Shown here: positions 18,743-26,050 of the stretch, piece by piece
Layout: every line of letters begins with the position of its first letter
Numbering within the stretch: the first letter of the stretch is position 1
Source of the DNA: an uncultured virus (IMG/VR IMGVR_UViG_3300009136_000003)
Lineage: Duplodnaviria; Heunggongvirae; Uroviricota; Caudoviricetes; Crassvirales
IMG/VR virus record: IMGVR_UViG_3300009136_000003
Length of the DNA: 64,000 nucleotides
Direction: 5' to 3' (one strand)
Translations under genes and position numbers: made by a program
The notes under the pieces: generated by a model
Told to the model about the DNA's origin: nothing
The model's input: only the letters and a program-made list of their open reading frames with translations
Databases searched by the model: none

Positions 18743-19033
18743 TTAAAGGTGTCCACCTGTTTCTAGTTCCTTGCATTCGTATCTCCATTCAGACTCTGAA
18801 TCCTCTTCATCCATTCCATCATACTCATAAACTCCCGAACCAAAAACATAGTGTGCCTCTTCTAGTTTTTTATCTATTCTCTCGGAATACAAATGTTCTT
18901 TCTCCTCAAGATACTCTCGTAAATTTGCAAATTTGTTGTTGACTAGATAGTCTTCATAGTCATCCTTGTCTATGCTGATTTCTACCTCTGCATACTTGTG
19001 GTATACGCTTCTTTGTTGAATTTTTACTTTCAT
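18743..19033 (-). CDS. Hypothetical acidic early protein (start corrected to MKVKIQ at 19033)
   Basis: The longer ORF-track start (19126) would run through a hammerhead ribozyme; the ATG at 19033 has an A/T-rich leader. Confidence 0.7.
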   Translation of the reverse strand: MKVKIQQRSVYHKYAEVEISIDKDDYEDYLVNNKFANLREYLEEKEHLYSERIDKKLEEAHYVFGSGVYEYDGMDEEDSESEWRYECKELETGGHL

Positions 19034-19050
19034 AATTATAAATTTAAGTT

Positions 19051-19101
19051 TCCGTTTCATCCTTTCGGAATCATCAGCCGAGATACACATCTCGATACGG
19101 A
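19051..19101 (-). ncRNA. Hammerhead ribozyme, type III (copy 1)
   Basis: Minus strand: UCCG-UA^-UCGAGAU GUGU AUCUCGG-CUGAUGA-UUCC GAAA GGAU-GAAACGGA. The core is complete; the stem II closing pair is U.U. Predicted cut between 19096 and 19095. Confidence 0.85.
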
Positions 19102-19105
19102 GGGA

Positions 19106-19124
19106 TAGTGTCCTTGAGGACACC
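19106..19124. repeat. Dispersed palindrome TAGTGTCCTTGAGGACACC (inverted copy)
   Basis: Immediately 5' of hammerhead 1 on the minus strand. Confidence 0.9.
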
Positions 19125-19137
19125 ACCCCTTTAAGAT

Positions 19138-20274
19138 TTATGCTTGTCTTAGCACCTCATCTTCCTTGAGCCAACTACCACAGGAGGCACAATGATAATT
19201 TGAAAAGCCATCGAAATCTACGTCATTGTAGCAATTTGTACACGTTGGTGACTCTATTAATGGGAAGTCGTTGTCTTGAATATAAGACTCAAAAGCTTCT
19301 TTCCTGTTGTCGGATATGTCAAACAAGTTTGGTTTTATTTGCTCTCTAGTGTATGTTGGCTTAGTGTATGCGTAGCTTCCATAGTTTCGGTAAGTTTTTA
19401 TTCTTGGTCTCTGTTGCTTGTAAGACTTATGAAGTTTTGTGTGATGGTCAATTCCTATCGGATTGAAGTACACCCAACAGCTAATCATACTGCCATCAGA
19501 TAGCTTTATGTCTATCATCTCACGCTTGTACCATTGTGGATGTCCCTCTAGTCGGTCAAGGTTTCCTAGCACTTGGTCGCTAACTTTGAATACATCAACA
19601 TCAACGTTGTGTCCAATTCCTTTACGATTGACTAGGTAAGGTAAGCCTTCAACAACTAGAGGGTATTTGTCTTTAGTTTCGCCTTTACCAACATACCTAG
19701 ACTTGGTCAGATAGTTGCTGTAGTTGTTGTAACCTTTTTTAAGTGTACCATATACTGCAACCACGTTCTCTTGTAATACGTTCGACTTTGAATACCATAC
19801 ACCATCCCTGTATGTAAACAACTCCCTGTTGTATACTTGAAATGATTTTGTTTTGGTGTTTACAGAAACAAACCTACAGAAGTTCGGAGCATTTACATCC
19901 ATTACTTTTAGATGGTTTTTCCAATCTCTCCTGTTGATAGTTCCTAACTCAATTGCTAACGCTTTTGAATCAGTCATCTCTGCGTTACCATACCCCGATA
20001 CAGTACCATTCATCATTAACAGTTCGTCAGTTTTTTGCCCGCATACAAACGGATGCATATTTGACTTGTTAACTGCACCTATCGTTGCATACCTAAAGTG
20101 TGCAATGAATGGCCTCTCTGTTAATAGTATCTTGTATTGCTTAGACTCGAAGTACTCGACATCAAAAGTGTCAAGCCATACGATGCCTAATCCGTGTGGA
20201 TTTATTTTAGCGGATGCTTCCACTATGTTTTCAGAGATTACACTCTTTTTTTGTTTTACGATAATTACGCACAT
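19138..20274 (-). CDS. Class II glutamine amidotransferase fused to a gamma-glutamylcyclotransferase (GGCT/AIG2-like) domain and a C-terminal Zn ribbon
   Basis: N-terminal MC nucleophile, NPHGLG, HFRYAT, HPF, NG, TDS; then VYGTLKKG...LDRLEGHP; then CTNC...CASC. Confidence 0.85.
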   Translation of the reverse strand: MCVIIVKQKKSVISENIVEASAKINPHGLGIVWLDTFDVEYFESKQYKILLTERPFIAHFRYATIGAVNKSNMHPFVCGQKTDELLMMNGTVSGYGNAEMTDSKALAIELGTINRRDWKNHLKVMDVNAPNFCRFVSVNTKTKSFQVYNRELFTYRDGVWYSKSNVLQENVVAVYGTLKKGYNNYSNYLTKSRYVGKGETKDKYPLVVEGLPYLVNRKGIGHNVDVDVFKVSDQVLGNLDRLEGHPQWYKREMIDIKLSDGSMISCWVYFNPIGIDHHTKLHKSYKQQRPRIKTYRNYGSYAYTKPTYTREQIKPNLFDISDNRKEAFESYIQDNDFPLIESPTCTNCYNDVDFDGFSNYHCASCGSWLKEDEVLRQA

Positions 20275-20305
20275 AATTTATTTGATTTAATTTAATTAAT
20301 TTACA

Positions 20306-20337
20306 CAAATATATGACTAAAATTAGACATACACAAA
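20306..20337 (-). promoter_or_regulatory. Bacteroidota promoter TTTG-N20-TATATTTG
   Basis: CAAATATA at 20306-20313 and CAAA at 20334-20337. Confidence 0.85.
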
Positions 20338-20373
20338 TGTGTTTTTATTGTGTTGATACTCAGCATTTTACAA

Positions 20374-20393
20374 TAGTGTCTTCAAGGACACTA
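20374..20393. repeat. Dispersed palindrome TAGTGTCTTCAAGGACACTA
   Basis: Identical to 17497-17516. Confidence 0.9.
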
Positions 20394-20399
20394 ATCTTA

Positions 20400-20639
20400 T
20401 TAATTTTCATCTAATGGATAAATATCCTCCCAACCATCTACTGAATTAGGATGGGCATATACTCTGTCCTCCTTTGGTTTTTGTTGCTCATACTCCATAA
20501 CCCAAAAGTCCTGATTATATTCTTCTCCCCATCTTAGGATACATTCGTCCGCTTCTTTCTGTGCCTCTTCAAAGGTTTTAAATCCATCCTCTTGGTCTAT
20601 TGAATGACCGAATCTGTCTACTGTTACTACTTTGTACAT
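20400..20639 (-). CDS. Hypothetical acidic early protein
   Basis: ORF track. Confidence 0.7.
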   Translation of the reverse strand: MYKVVTVDRFGHSIDQEDGFKTFEEAQKEADECILRWGEEYNQDFWVMEYEQQKPKEDRVYAHPNSVDGWEDIYPLDEN

Positions 20640-20642
20640 ATT

Positions 20643-20756
20643 TTAAATATTAAAGATTAAACTTGTTAGCACCCTGCCAACAAAATAAATAACTGCGAAA
20701 TACAAGAACATTACTTGCATTTTCTTAAAGGCTTTGCCTAGTTTCTTTGCGTCCAT
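20643..20756 (-). CDS. Small membrane peptide (37 aa, MDAKKLGKAF...)
   Basis: Translated by hand; directly downstream of hammerhead 2. Confidence 0.55.
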   Translation of the reverse strand: MDAKKLGKAFKKMQVMFLYFAVIYFVGRVLTSLIFNI

Positions 20757-20778
20757 ATTTTAATTAATATTATTAGTT

Positions 20779-20829
20779 TCCGTTTCGTCTTTATAGACTC
20801 ATCAGCATAGGCAAATACCTATGGACGGA
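20779..20829 (-). ncRNA. Hammerhead ribozyme, type III (copy 2)
   Basis: Minus strand: UCCG-UC^-CAUAGGU AUUU GCCUAUG-CUGAUGA-GUCU AUAA AGAC-GAAACGGA. Canonical core and GUC triplet; predicted cut between 20824 and 20823. Confidence 0.93.
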
Positions 20830-20837
20830 TTGGTACT

Positions 20838-20861
20838 GAGAGTGTCTTCAAGGACACTCTC
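20838..20861. repeat. Dispersed palindrome GAGAGTGTCTTCAAGGACACTCTC
   Basis: Extended stem, immediately 5' of hammerhead 2 on the minus strand. Confidence 0.9.
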
Positions 20862-20878
20862 GCTTCACCTAAGATACT

Positions 20879-21841
20879 TTAGGCTTCATTGTAACCATTA
20901 CGCCTTAAGTCGGCATCTAATGGCATATTGCGGTATCTAGCATCACCGTAATCGCTGTATTGTTTGTGTGGCTTCACATAGTTAACAATAGCCCTGTTCA
21001 CCTTTCCTGTGGTAAGAAATTTTCTAAACGACTTCGCTAAACTCATAACGTTATCAACTTTTACCATATCACCCTCATACATAGATTTAACGATTGGCAA
21101 ACATCGTTTCAATAACGTGTTATGGCTTCCGTTAGGATTGTTCACCGCAAAGTCAACAATCGTATACATCAACTCGTATCTTCTCATCATCTGTTTAACA
21201 GATTGAAATCGTGAAATCAATCTAAATTCAATGCAATTCCTTTTACTCAAAATCGCCTTGTATCTTGTACCTACAGGATTAACTTCAAGCCCTAAGTCAC
21301 AGCTAGAATACTTGTTAGATAATCTCTTCCTAAACAATGCATAAACAATTCCTATAAAGGGTTTTAATGCATCTCTAAGTTCATCACCATCCATTCCATC
21401 AACAGCTATAGTTATATGCCCTCCACAGCTGTGGTTACTAGGGCTATATGCATCATCGATAATCTGTTTTGCATCGTGCATCATCGAAAATACCTTGTTA
21501 CGCCATTTGCCCGCAGGCAGTAAGGGTAAAATGTGGGTAACAGCCTCATATCCACAACTTGAATCCGTTTCAAATCCTGCAAATAATGGATATTCTCTTA
21601 CGGCTAGTCGATGTAAATTTGTCTTTTCAACTTCCATTCCTATAGTAAATTTTGACTTAAAATCACCATCGCTACATAAACTAAAATTCTTCATTTGCAC
21701 TTTTTTAAGTTGTGCAATGTCTGTGTTTTTAGCACCCTTGTGATGTTCCTTAAAGCCTAGTCTAGCTGTTGAATGGTAGCTAGAAACGGTGTCTCTTCCC
21801 CTCTCGTTTGTGTTTTCGTACTTGATTCCTGTGGTTTTCAT
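20879..21841 (-). CDS. Putative COOH-NH2 ligase/amidoligase (Amidoligase_2-like)
   Basis: GMEVE, ETDSS, YEAVT, SCGGHITI and IEFRL motifs; lies next to the GATase-GGCT gene. Confidence 0.75.
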   Translation of the reverse strand: MKTTGIKYENTNERGRDTVSSYHSTARLGFKEHHKGAKNTDIAQLKKVQMKNFSLCSDGDFKSKFTIGMEVEKTNLHRLAVREYPLFAGFETDSSCGYEAVTHILPLLPAGKWRNKVFSMMHDAKQIIDDAYSPSNHSCGGHITIAVDGMDGDELRDALKPFIGIVYALFRKRLSNKYSSCDLGLEVNPVGTRYKAILSKRNCIEFRLISRFQSVKQMMRRYELMYTIVDFAVNNPNGSHNTLLKRCLPIVKSMYEGDMVKVDNVMSLAKSFRKFLTTGKVNRAIVNYVKPHKQYSDYGDARYRNMPLDADLRRNGYNEA

Positions 21842-21876
21842 AATAAATAAAGATTAAATTAAAATTAAAAGTTAGT

Positions 21877-21922
21877 TAGGGTAATGGTTTCGCTCCATTC
21901 TTAGGCTATCTATAGCACCCTA
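21877..21922 (-). ncRNA. Candidate tRNA-like three-way-junction RNA
   Basis: UAGGGU/ACCCUA outer stem, a GCUA-UAGA-UAGC arm, and AAUGG-AGCGAAA-CCAUU (5-bp stem, 7-nt loop). Confidence 0.5.
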
Positions 21923-21925
21923 TTT

Positions 21926-21945
21926 TAGTGTCCTCAAGGACACTA
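21926..21945. repeat. Dispersed palindrome TAGTGTCCTCAAGGACACTA, overlapping the stop codon of 21943..22596
   Basis: Read directly. Confidence 0.9.
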
Positions 21946-22596
21946 TTGCTGTAATGTTGCAATCATAAATTTAGCCGCTTCAATCACTTCCTCGTTATTG
22001 TTTGTGGTAATAACTTCGCCGCTTGCAAGCACTCTAATCGCTACATTTTTGCCTGCAGGATTCTTAAACGAAAATGTTAATATAGTCGGTTCATCCTGTA
22101 CAGGTGATTCAATTTCAGCCGATTCAATCGCTTCGTTTTCTGTAGCTTCAATCTCTTCGCTTGTTGCATCTTCGCTGTGTTCTAGGTTATCTAAATCAAT
22201 AGTCTTAGCAAATTTCAACAGATTTGCAATTGATATACTAGCTTCATTCACTTCCTCACATTTGATTTTAAATGCATCTACAATTCTAGCATCTAATTTA
22301 GATGCCTTAATTACTTTGTAGAAAAATGATTTTTGCCATCCAAAAACTTTAAGTCCTAACTCAGCTTTCGTCCATTGTATACCCTCTTCAGCAAATAACT
22401 CTTTACCCTCTTCAGATTCAAAAAACTCGATTGATTTAAGTATTAATTTACCCATCTTCATCGTACCTGCAAATTTCGATTTGCTCGCATTCTGAATTTC
22501 TGTTTGAACTCCTCTAATCGCTGTAAGTCCTAAAGCATTCTGTACCTGTGGTAAACCTAAAAATGCTGTTTCGATTGTTAATAATTGTTCACTCAT
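21943..22596 (-). CDS. First early-region protein, function unknown
   Basis: 217-aa ORF with an acidic C-terminal region. Confidence 0.8.
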   Translation of the reverse strand: MSEQLLTIETAFLGLPQVQNALGLTAIRGVQTEIQNASKSKFAGTMKMGKLILKSIEFFESEEGKELFAEEGIQWTKAELGLKVFGWQKSFFYKVIKASKLDARIVDAFKIKCEEVNEASISIANLLKFAKTIDLDNLEHSEDATSEEIEATENEAIESAEIESPVQDEPTILTFSFKNPAGKNVAIRVLASGEVITTNNNEEVIEAAKFMIATLQQ

Positions 22597-22642
22597 AATA
22601 AATAATGCCTGTGTTTAGCGGAAAGGACTTTATCCTGTTAGC

Positions 22643-22684
22643 TCTAGGTATAAGAATCGAACTTATATTTCAACCATTCCTAGA
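22643..22684 (-). ncRNA. Candidate tRNA minihelix mimic with a canonical T-loop
   Basis: UCUAGG-AAUGGUUGAAA-UAUAAG-UUCGAUU-CUUAUA-CCUAGA: 6+6 bp stack capped by GUUCGAUUC. Confidence 0.55.
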
Positions 22685-23136
22685 ATCGATATTACTACAG
22701 CTACAGGGTATAATTTATATTGTTTCAGCATCCTAGTGCTTAATGGTTTTATCAGTATCCCAATTGAATTCCTTTGAAACTATCCGTTTGCAAGGGTAAA
22801 ATTATTCTTATATTTCACGTAATATCTTTTTTTCGATAGAATCATTAAAGTAACACTTCAAGTAGTGCGAGCATACTCTCTGTAAGTCAGTTACTTATAA
22901 ATCAAAAATCTCAGAATGTCAATGAACTTTAGCTCTCGCACCCTGTAAAGATAGTGTTTTTAATGTGATTTCTTCGTCTATTTATAATAAAATATTAATA
23001 TATCTTTTTATGGGCTGTATTCCCTAGGGATTGTTTAGGGTATCAATCTATAGGGCTGAGGTGATGCAAAGCCTCTTTGCTGTTAATAGTCTTTAATTCA
23101 CTACTTGCTGTGCAATGTGAGTGCTTACCTGTACAA

Positions 23137-23156
23137 TAGTATCCTCAAGGACACTA
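23137..23156. repeat. Dispersed palindrome variant TAGTATCCTCAAGGACACTA
   Basis: Lies in the divergent non-coding region. Confidence 0.85.
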
Positions 23157-23364
23157 TAAACGTAGAATGCACTACAGCTATAGGGCTATAGGGCTATAGC
23201 TTACAGGGTGCAGGCATATAGACTCCTATGAAAACGCCAAAAAAATGAGCTAAAAAGTTGAGAATCAACAACTTAAGGCTTAAAAAAATCAGTTTCTGAA
23301 ATCAGGTTTGCTGCCGTACATCATATATTACCCAAACACTATATACACCTAACAATTTTTTTTG

Positions 23365-23372
23365 TATATTTG
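23365..23372 (+). promoter_or_regulatory. -7 box TATATTTG
   Basis: About 20 nt upstream of the ATG at 23392. Confidence 0.65.
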
Positions 23373-23391
23373 TACTCTAAACATTTGTATT

Positions 23392-23580
23392 ATGAAATTT
23401 AAAAGTATGGGAGGGTTGACTGTCAAAGACGGTCGCCTTATTAACGATAGACCAAATGGAGTTACAGGTATTGCTCAGGCTGCACAGTTAAGGAAGTCTG
23501 TTTATAATGCCAAGAAGGTAAATATTATTGCTGACGGTATCGAGTTGGCTGAGGGACGTAAAGGTTTTTATAGAGAATAG
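23392..23580 (+). CDS. Hypothetical protein (start MKFKSM at 23392)
   Basis: Flanked by a promoter and a terminator. Confidence 0.7.
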   Translation: MKFKSMGGLTVKDGRLINDRPNGVTGIAQAAQLRKSVYNAKKVNIIADGIELAEGRKGFYRE

Positions 23581-23616
23581 TTTTTGTTTAAGTTGATTTT
23601 ATTTTAGTTAATTCTG

Positions 23617-23648
23617 AAGGGAGGGTTTGATTAGCCTTCCCTTTTTTT
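23617..23648 (+). terminator. Rho-independent terminator
   Basis: AAGGGAGGGTT-TGATT-AGCCTTCCCTT followed by a T tract. Confidence 0.75.
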
Positions 23649-23667
23649 ATGCTTTATATTTAAGAAC

Positions 23668-23836
23668 TATGTTGTTTTAATGCTGATTAATGCTGTTTAT
23701 TGTTTTGTAACTATTTGATTCTTAAGGGGATGTCGATAATGTTAATTTGAAACTGATTCTCTATTAAAATAAAATATATATATATATATAATACTACCCC
23801 CCCCCTAGGGAGGATAGAGCTTTGTCATCTGATGTG
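23668..23836. other. Putative replication-origin-like element B
   Basis: ATGTTG/ATGCTG/ATGCTG, a TAACTATTTGATTCTTAAG box, ATGTCG/ATGTTA and a (TA)n tract; spacing matches element A. Confidence 0.5.
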
Positions 23837-23889
23837 TTATATTAATTATTCGTTTATGTGTTAAAACTTTTGTTATTTTATATAAAACT

Positions 23890-23922
23890 TTTGGTTTGTT
23901 ATATAAAAAGTTCTTATATTTG
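23890..23922 (+). promoter_or_regulatory. Bacteroidota promoter TTTG-N21-TATATTTG upstream of groEL
   Basis: Matches the -33/-7 consensus. Confidence 0.75.
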
Positions 23923-23939
23923 CTCAAAATCTAATTAAT

Positions 23940-25538
23940 ATGAATGAAATAGGATACTCTCCGAAAAATTTACATTTCGGAAATGAAGGCAGGAATAAAC
24001 TTATAAACGGCATTGAGGCAATGTCAAACGCAGTAAAGTCCACGTTAGGCCCTTCCGGGCAGACGGTTCTTATTGAGTCGCCAAGCCACACACACGGAAT
24101 AACTGTAACCAAGGATGGTGTTACTGTGGCAAAGTCGGTTGACCTGCTAGACCCTGTTGAGAACCTTGCGGTAAGGATGATGAAGGAGGCTGCTGACAGG
24201 ACTGCTACCTCAGCGGGTGATGGCACAACCACGGCTATAGTACTAACAGAGCAGTTGGTATTGGAGGGGGAGAGGCTTATCAGACATAAGGCCAACAAGA
24301 CTGAGGTGCTAAGAGAACTTGTTCAGAATACTAAAGATATTGTGTCACAACTAGAGAAGATGTCAAGGGCTGTTACAAAAGGGAGGCTACGTGACGTGGC
24401 AACTATTTCATCAAACAACGACACACACATTGGTGGGATAATCTCAAAGGTGTATAAGGGCGTTGGCAAGAATGGCATCGTGACTGTTGACCGTTCCCAA
24501 ACATCTGACACACACTTTGAGACCACTAATGGATTAAAGATTGAGAGAGGGTTCTCGTCAAACATATTCATAACAGACCAAAAAAAGGATGAATGTATAT
24601 TCGATGACGTTTATATACTTGTGTCGGACGCAGAGATAAGTAACATACTTCAAATTGAGAACGTATTAAAACCAATTCTAACAGACAACAAGAAGCTGCT
24701 TATTATTGCACCGTGCTCGACAAATGTTGTCAACACGTTGGCAGCCAATAAGATGAAGAGAGACATAAAGATTTGTACGATACCACCACCTAACTTTGGG
24801 TACAAGCAGCACGAGCTGATGCAGGACATTGCAATCTCTGTTGGTGCTACATACTACTCTGAGAAGACCGGTGATGACCTCAGCCTTATTGAGTTTAGTG
24901 ACCTAGGTTTTGCGGCCAAGGTTGTGGTTGACAGTACATCTACTATTATTGTAAAGGAGTCTATGGAAATATCTGAGGAGGTATCCGATAGGGTTGCACA
25001 ACTTCGTGAGCAGCATACTAATACAGACAGGAAGAGTGATAAGGAGTTTATTCTTTCAAGGATTGCTTCGCTTACAGGTGGTGTTGGAACAATATTCGTT
25101 GGGGGAAAGACTGACCTAGAGCACAAGGAGTTATACGACAGGGTCGATGATGCCGTGTGTGCAGTTCGTTCCGCTCTTGAGGAGGGTATACTACCCGGAG
25201 GTGGAGTGGCACTATATTACTTATCTAGGCAGTATGACCTGCCTGAAGCAAGTATAGCACAAAAAATGTTAAAAGCTGCACTCAAGTCTCCATTAATGCA
25301 GATATACGAGAACGCAGGTGTTGAGATAAACAAGGAAATATTAGAAGACCTAGACTTCTGTGAGCAAAACTACGGAATGAATGTCAAGACAGGTGAGTGG
25401 GGGGATATGTATAAGATGGGGGTCATTGACCCGCTGAAGGTAACCAAGTCAGCACTACAGAACGCTGTCTCTGTTGCGGTCAGTATACTGTCAACCAACG
25501 CTATTATAACACAGGCACGAACTTATGAGACAAACTAA
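23940..25538 (+). CDS. groEL: Phage chaperonin GroEL (Cpn60)
   Basis: TLGPSG, VTKDGVTVAK, AGDGTTTA, DRVDDA, EEGILPGGG, GVIDPLKV; no GGM tail. Confidence 0.95.
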   Translation: MNEIGYSPKNLHFGNEGRNKLINGIEAMSNAVKSTLGPSGQTVLIESPSHTHGITVTKDGVTVAKSVDLLDPVENLAVRMMKEAADRTATSAGDGTTTAIVLTEQLVLEGERLIRHKANKTEVLRELVQNTKDIVSQLEKMSRAVTKGRLRDVATISSNNDTHIGGIISKVYKGVGKNGIVTVDRSQTSDTHFETTNGLKIERGFSSNIFITDQKKDECIFDDVYILVSDAEISNILQIENVLKPILTDNKKLLIIAPCSTNVVNTLAANKMKRDIKICTIPPPNFGYKQHELMQDIAISVGATYYSEKTGDDLSLIEFSDLGFAAKVVVDSTSTIIVKESMEISEEVSDRVAQLREQHTNTDRKSDKEFILSRIASLTGGVGTIFVGGKTDLEHKELYDRVDDAVCAVRSALEEGILPGGGVALYYLSRQYDLPEASIAQKMLKAALKSPLMQIYENAGVEINKEILEDLDFCEQNYGMNVKTGEWGDMYKMGVIDPLKVTKSALQNAVSVAVSILSTNAIITQARTYETN

Positions 25539-25708
25539 TGTATAGCTGTCCGACTTGCTCGCAAGAGCTTATATGGGGAGGAGACCACACCTTTGATGAT
25601 GAGGGGTTAGAAGGGGACGGTATAGTAACCAACTGTACCTGTCATAATAAATCGTGTAACGTAACAGACGTTTTTATATATCAGGAGTATAAACATATAT
25701 ACATATAA
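25538..25708 (+). CDS. Small Cys-rich (Zn-ribbon-like) protein, 56 aa
   Basis: MYSCPTC...IWGGD...CTCHNKSC; ATG overlaps the groEL stop (TAATG). Confidence 0.6.
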   Translation: MYSCPTCSQELIWGGDHTFDDEGLEGDGIVTNCTCHNKSCNVTDVFIYQEYKHIYI

Positions 25709-25710
25709 AT

Positions 25711-25974
25711 ATGAAGAAATTAATTAAAAGAATACTATTAGAGATGGCATTAATACCAAACGACAAGCTGCTGCACTTCTTCTATGGAAGTATAATAGCG
25801 ACACCATTAGTAATATGGGGAACAACAATGGAGGCTATAGGTTTTATGATATTTATATCAATAGCAAAAGAAATCATAGACGCTAAGTTTAGGTATAGTT
25901 ATCCAAGTGCAACGGATGCGTTGTTTACTTTCCTGCCTACGTTGTTTCTATTGGCGGTAAAATTATTAAACTAA
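25711..25974 (+). CDS. Small membrane protein (VanZ-like DKLLHF motif)
   Basis: Hydrophobic helices, DKLLHFFYG, KE..D. Confidence 0.6.
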   Translation: MKKLIKRILLEMALIPNDKLLHFFYGSIIATPLVIWGTTMEAIGFMIFISIAKEIIDAKFRYSYPSATDALFTFLPTLFLLAVKLLN

Positions 25975-26050
25975 TACAAGGGGTGTAACTGTTAGCTTTT
26001 TAAACTTGGTCGTTGCGGAGTAACACAGAGCACCCTTAAAAAAAAAGACA

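Noticed and set aside
19034..19126. N-terminal extension of ORF 18743..19126
   Set aside because: It overlaps the palindrome and hammerhead 1; the ATG at 19033 has the typical A/T-rich leader.
22643..22684. Complete tRNA gene
   Set aside because: It has a T-arm and acceptor-like stem but no anticodon arm; no full tRNA was recognised in the window.
23940..25538. Host chromosomal groEL (prophage flank or contamination)
   Set aside because: It is divergent, lacks the GGM tail, is not in groES-groEL order and is embedded among phage genes.
25979..26037. Twister ribozyme
   Set aside because: The P1-UAA start is suggestive, but I could not form the required pseudoknots or a convincing P4.
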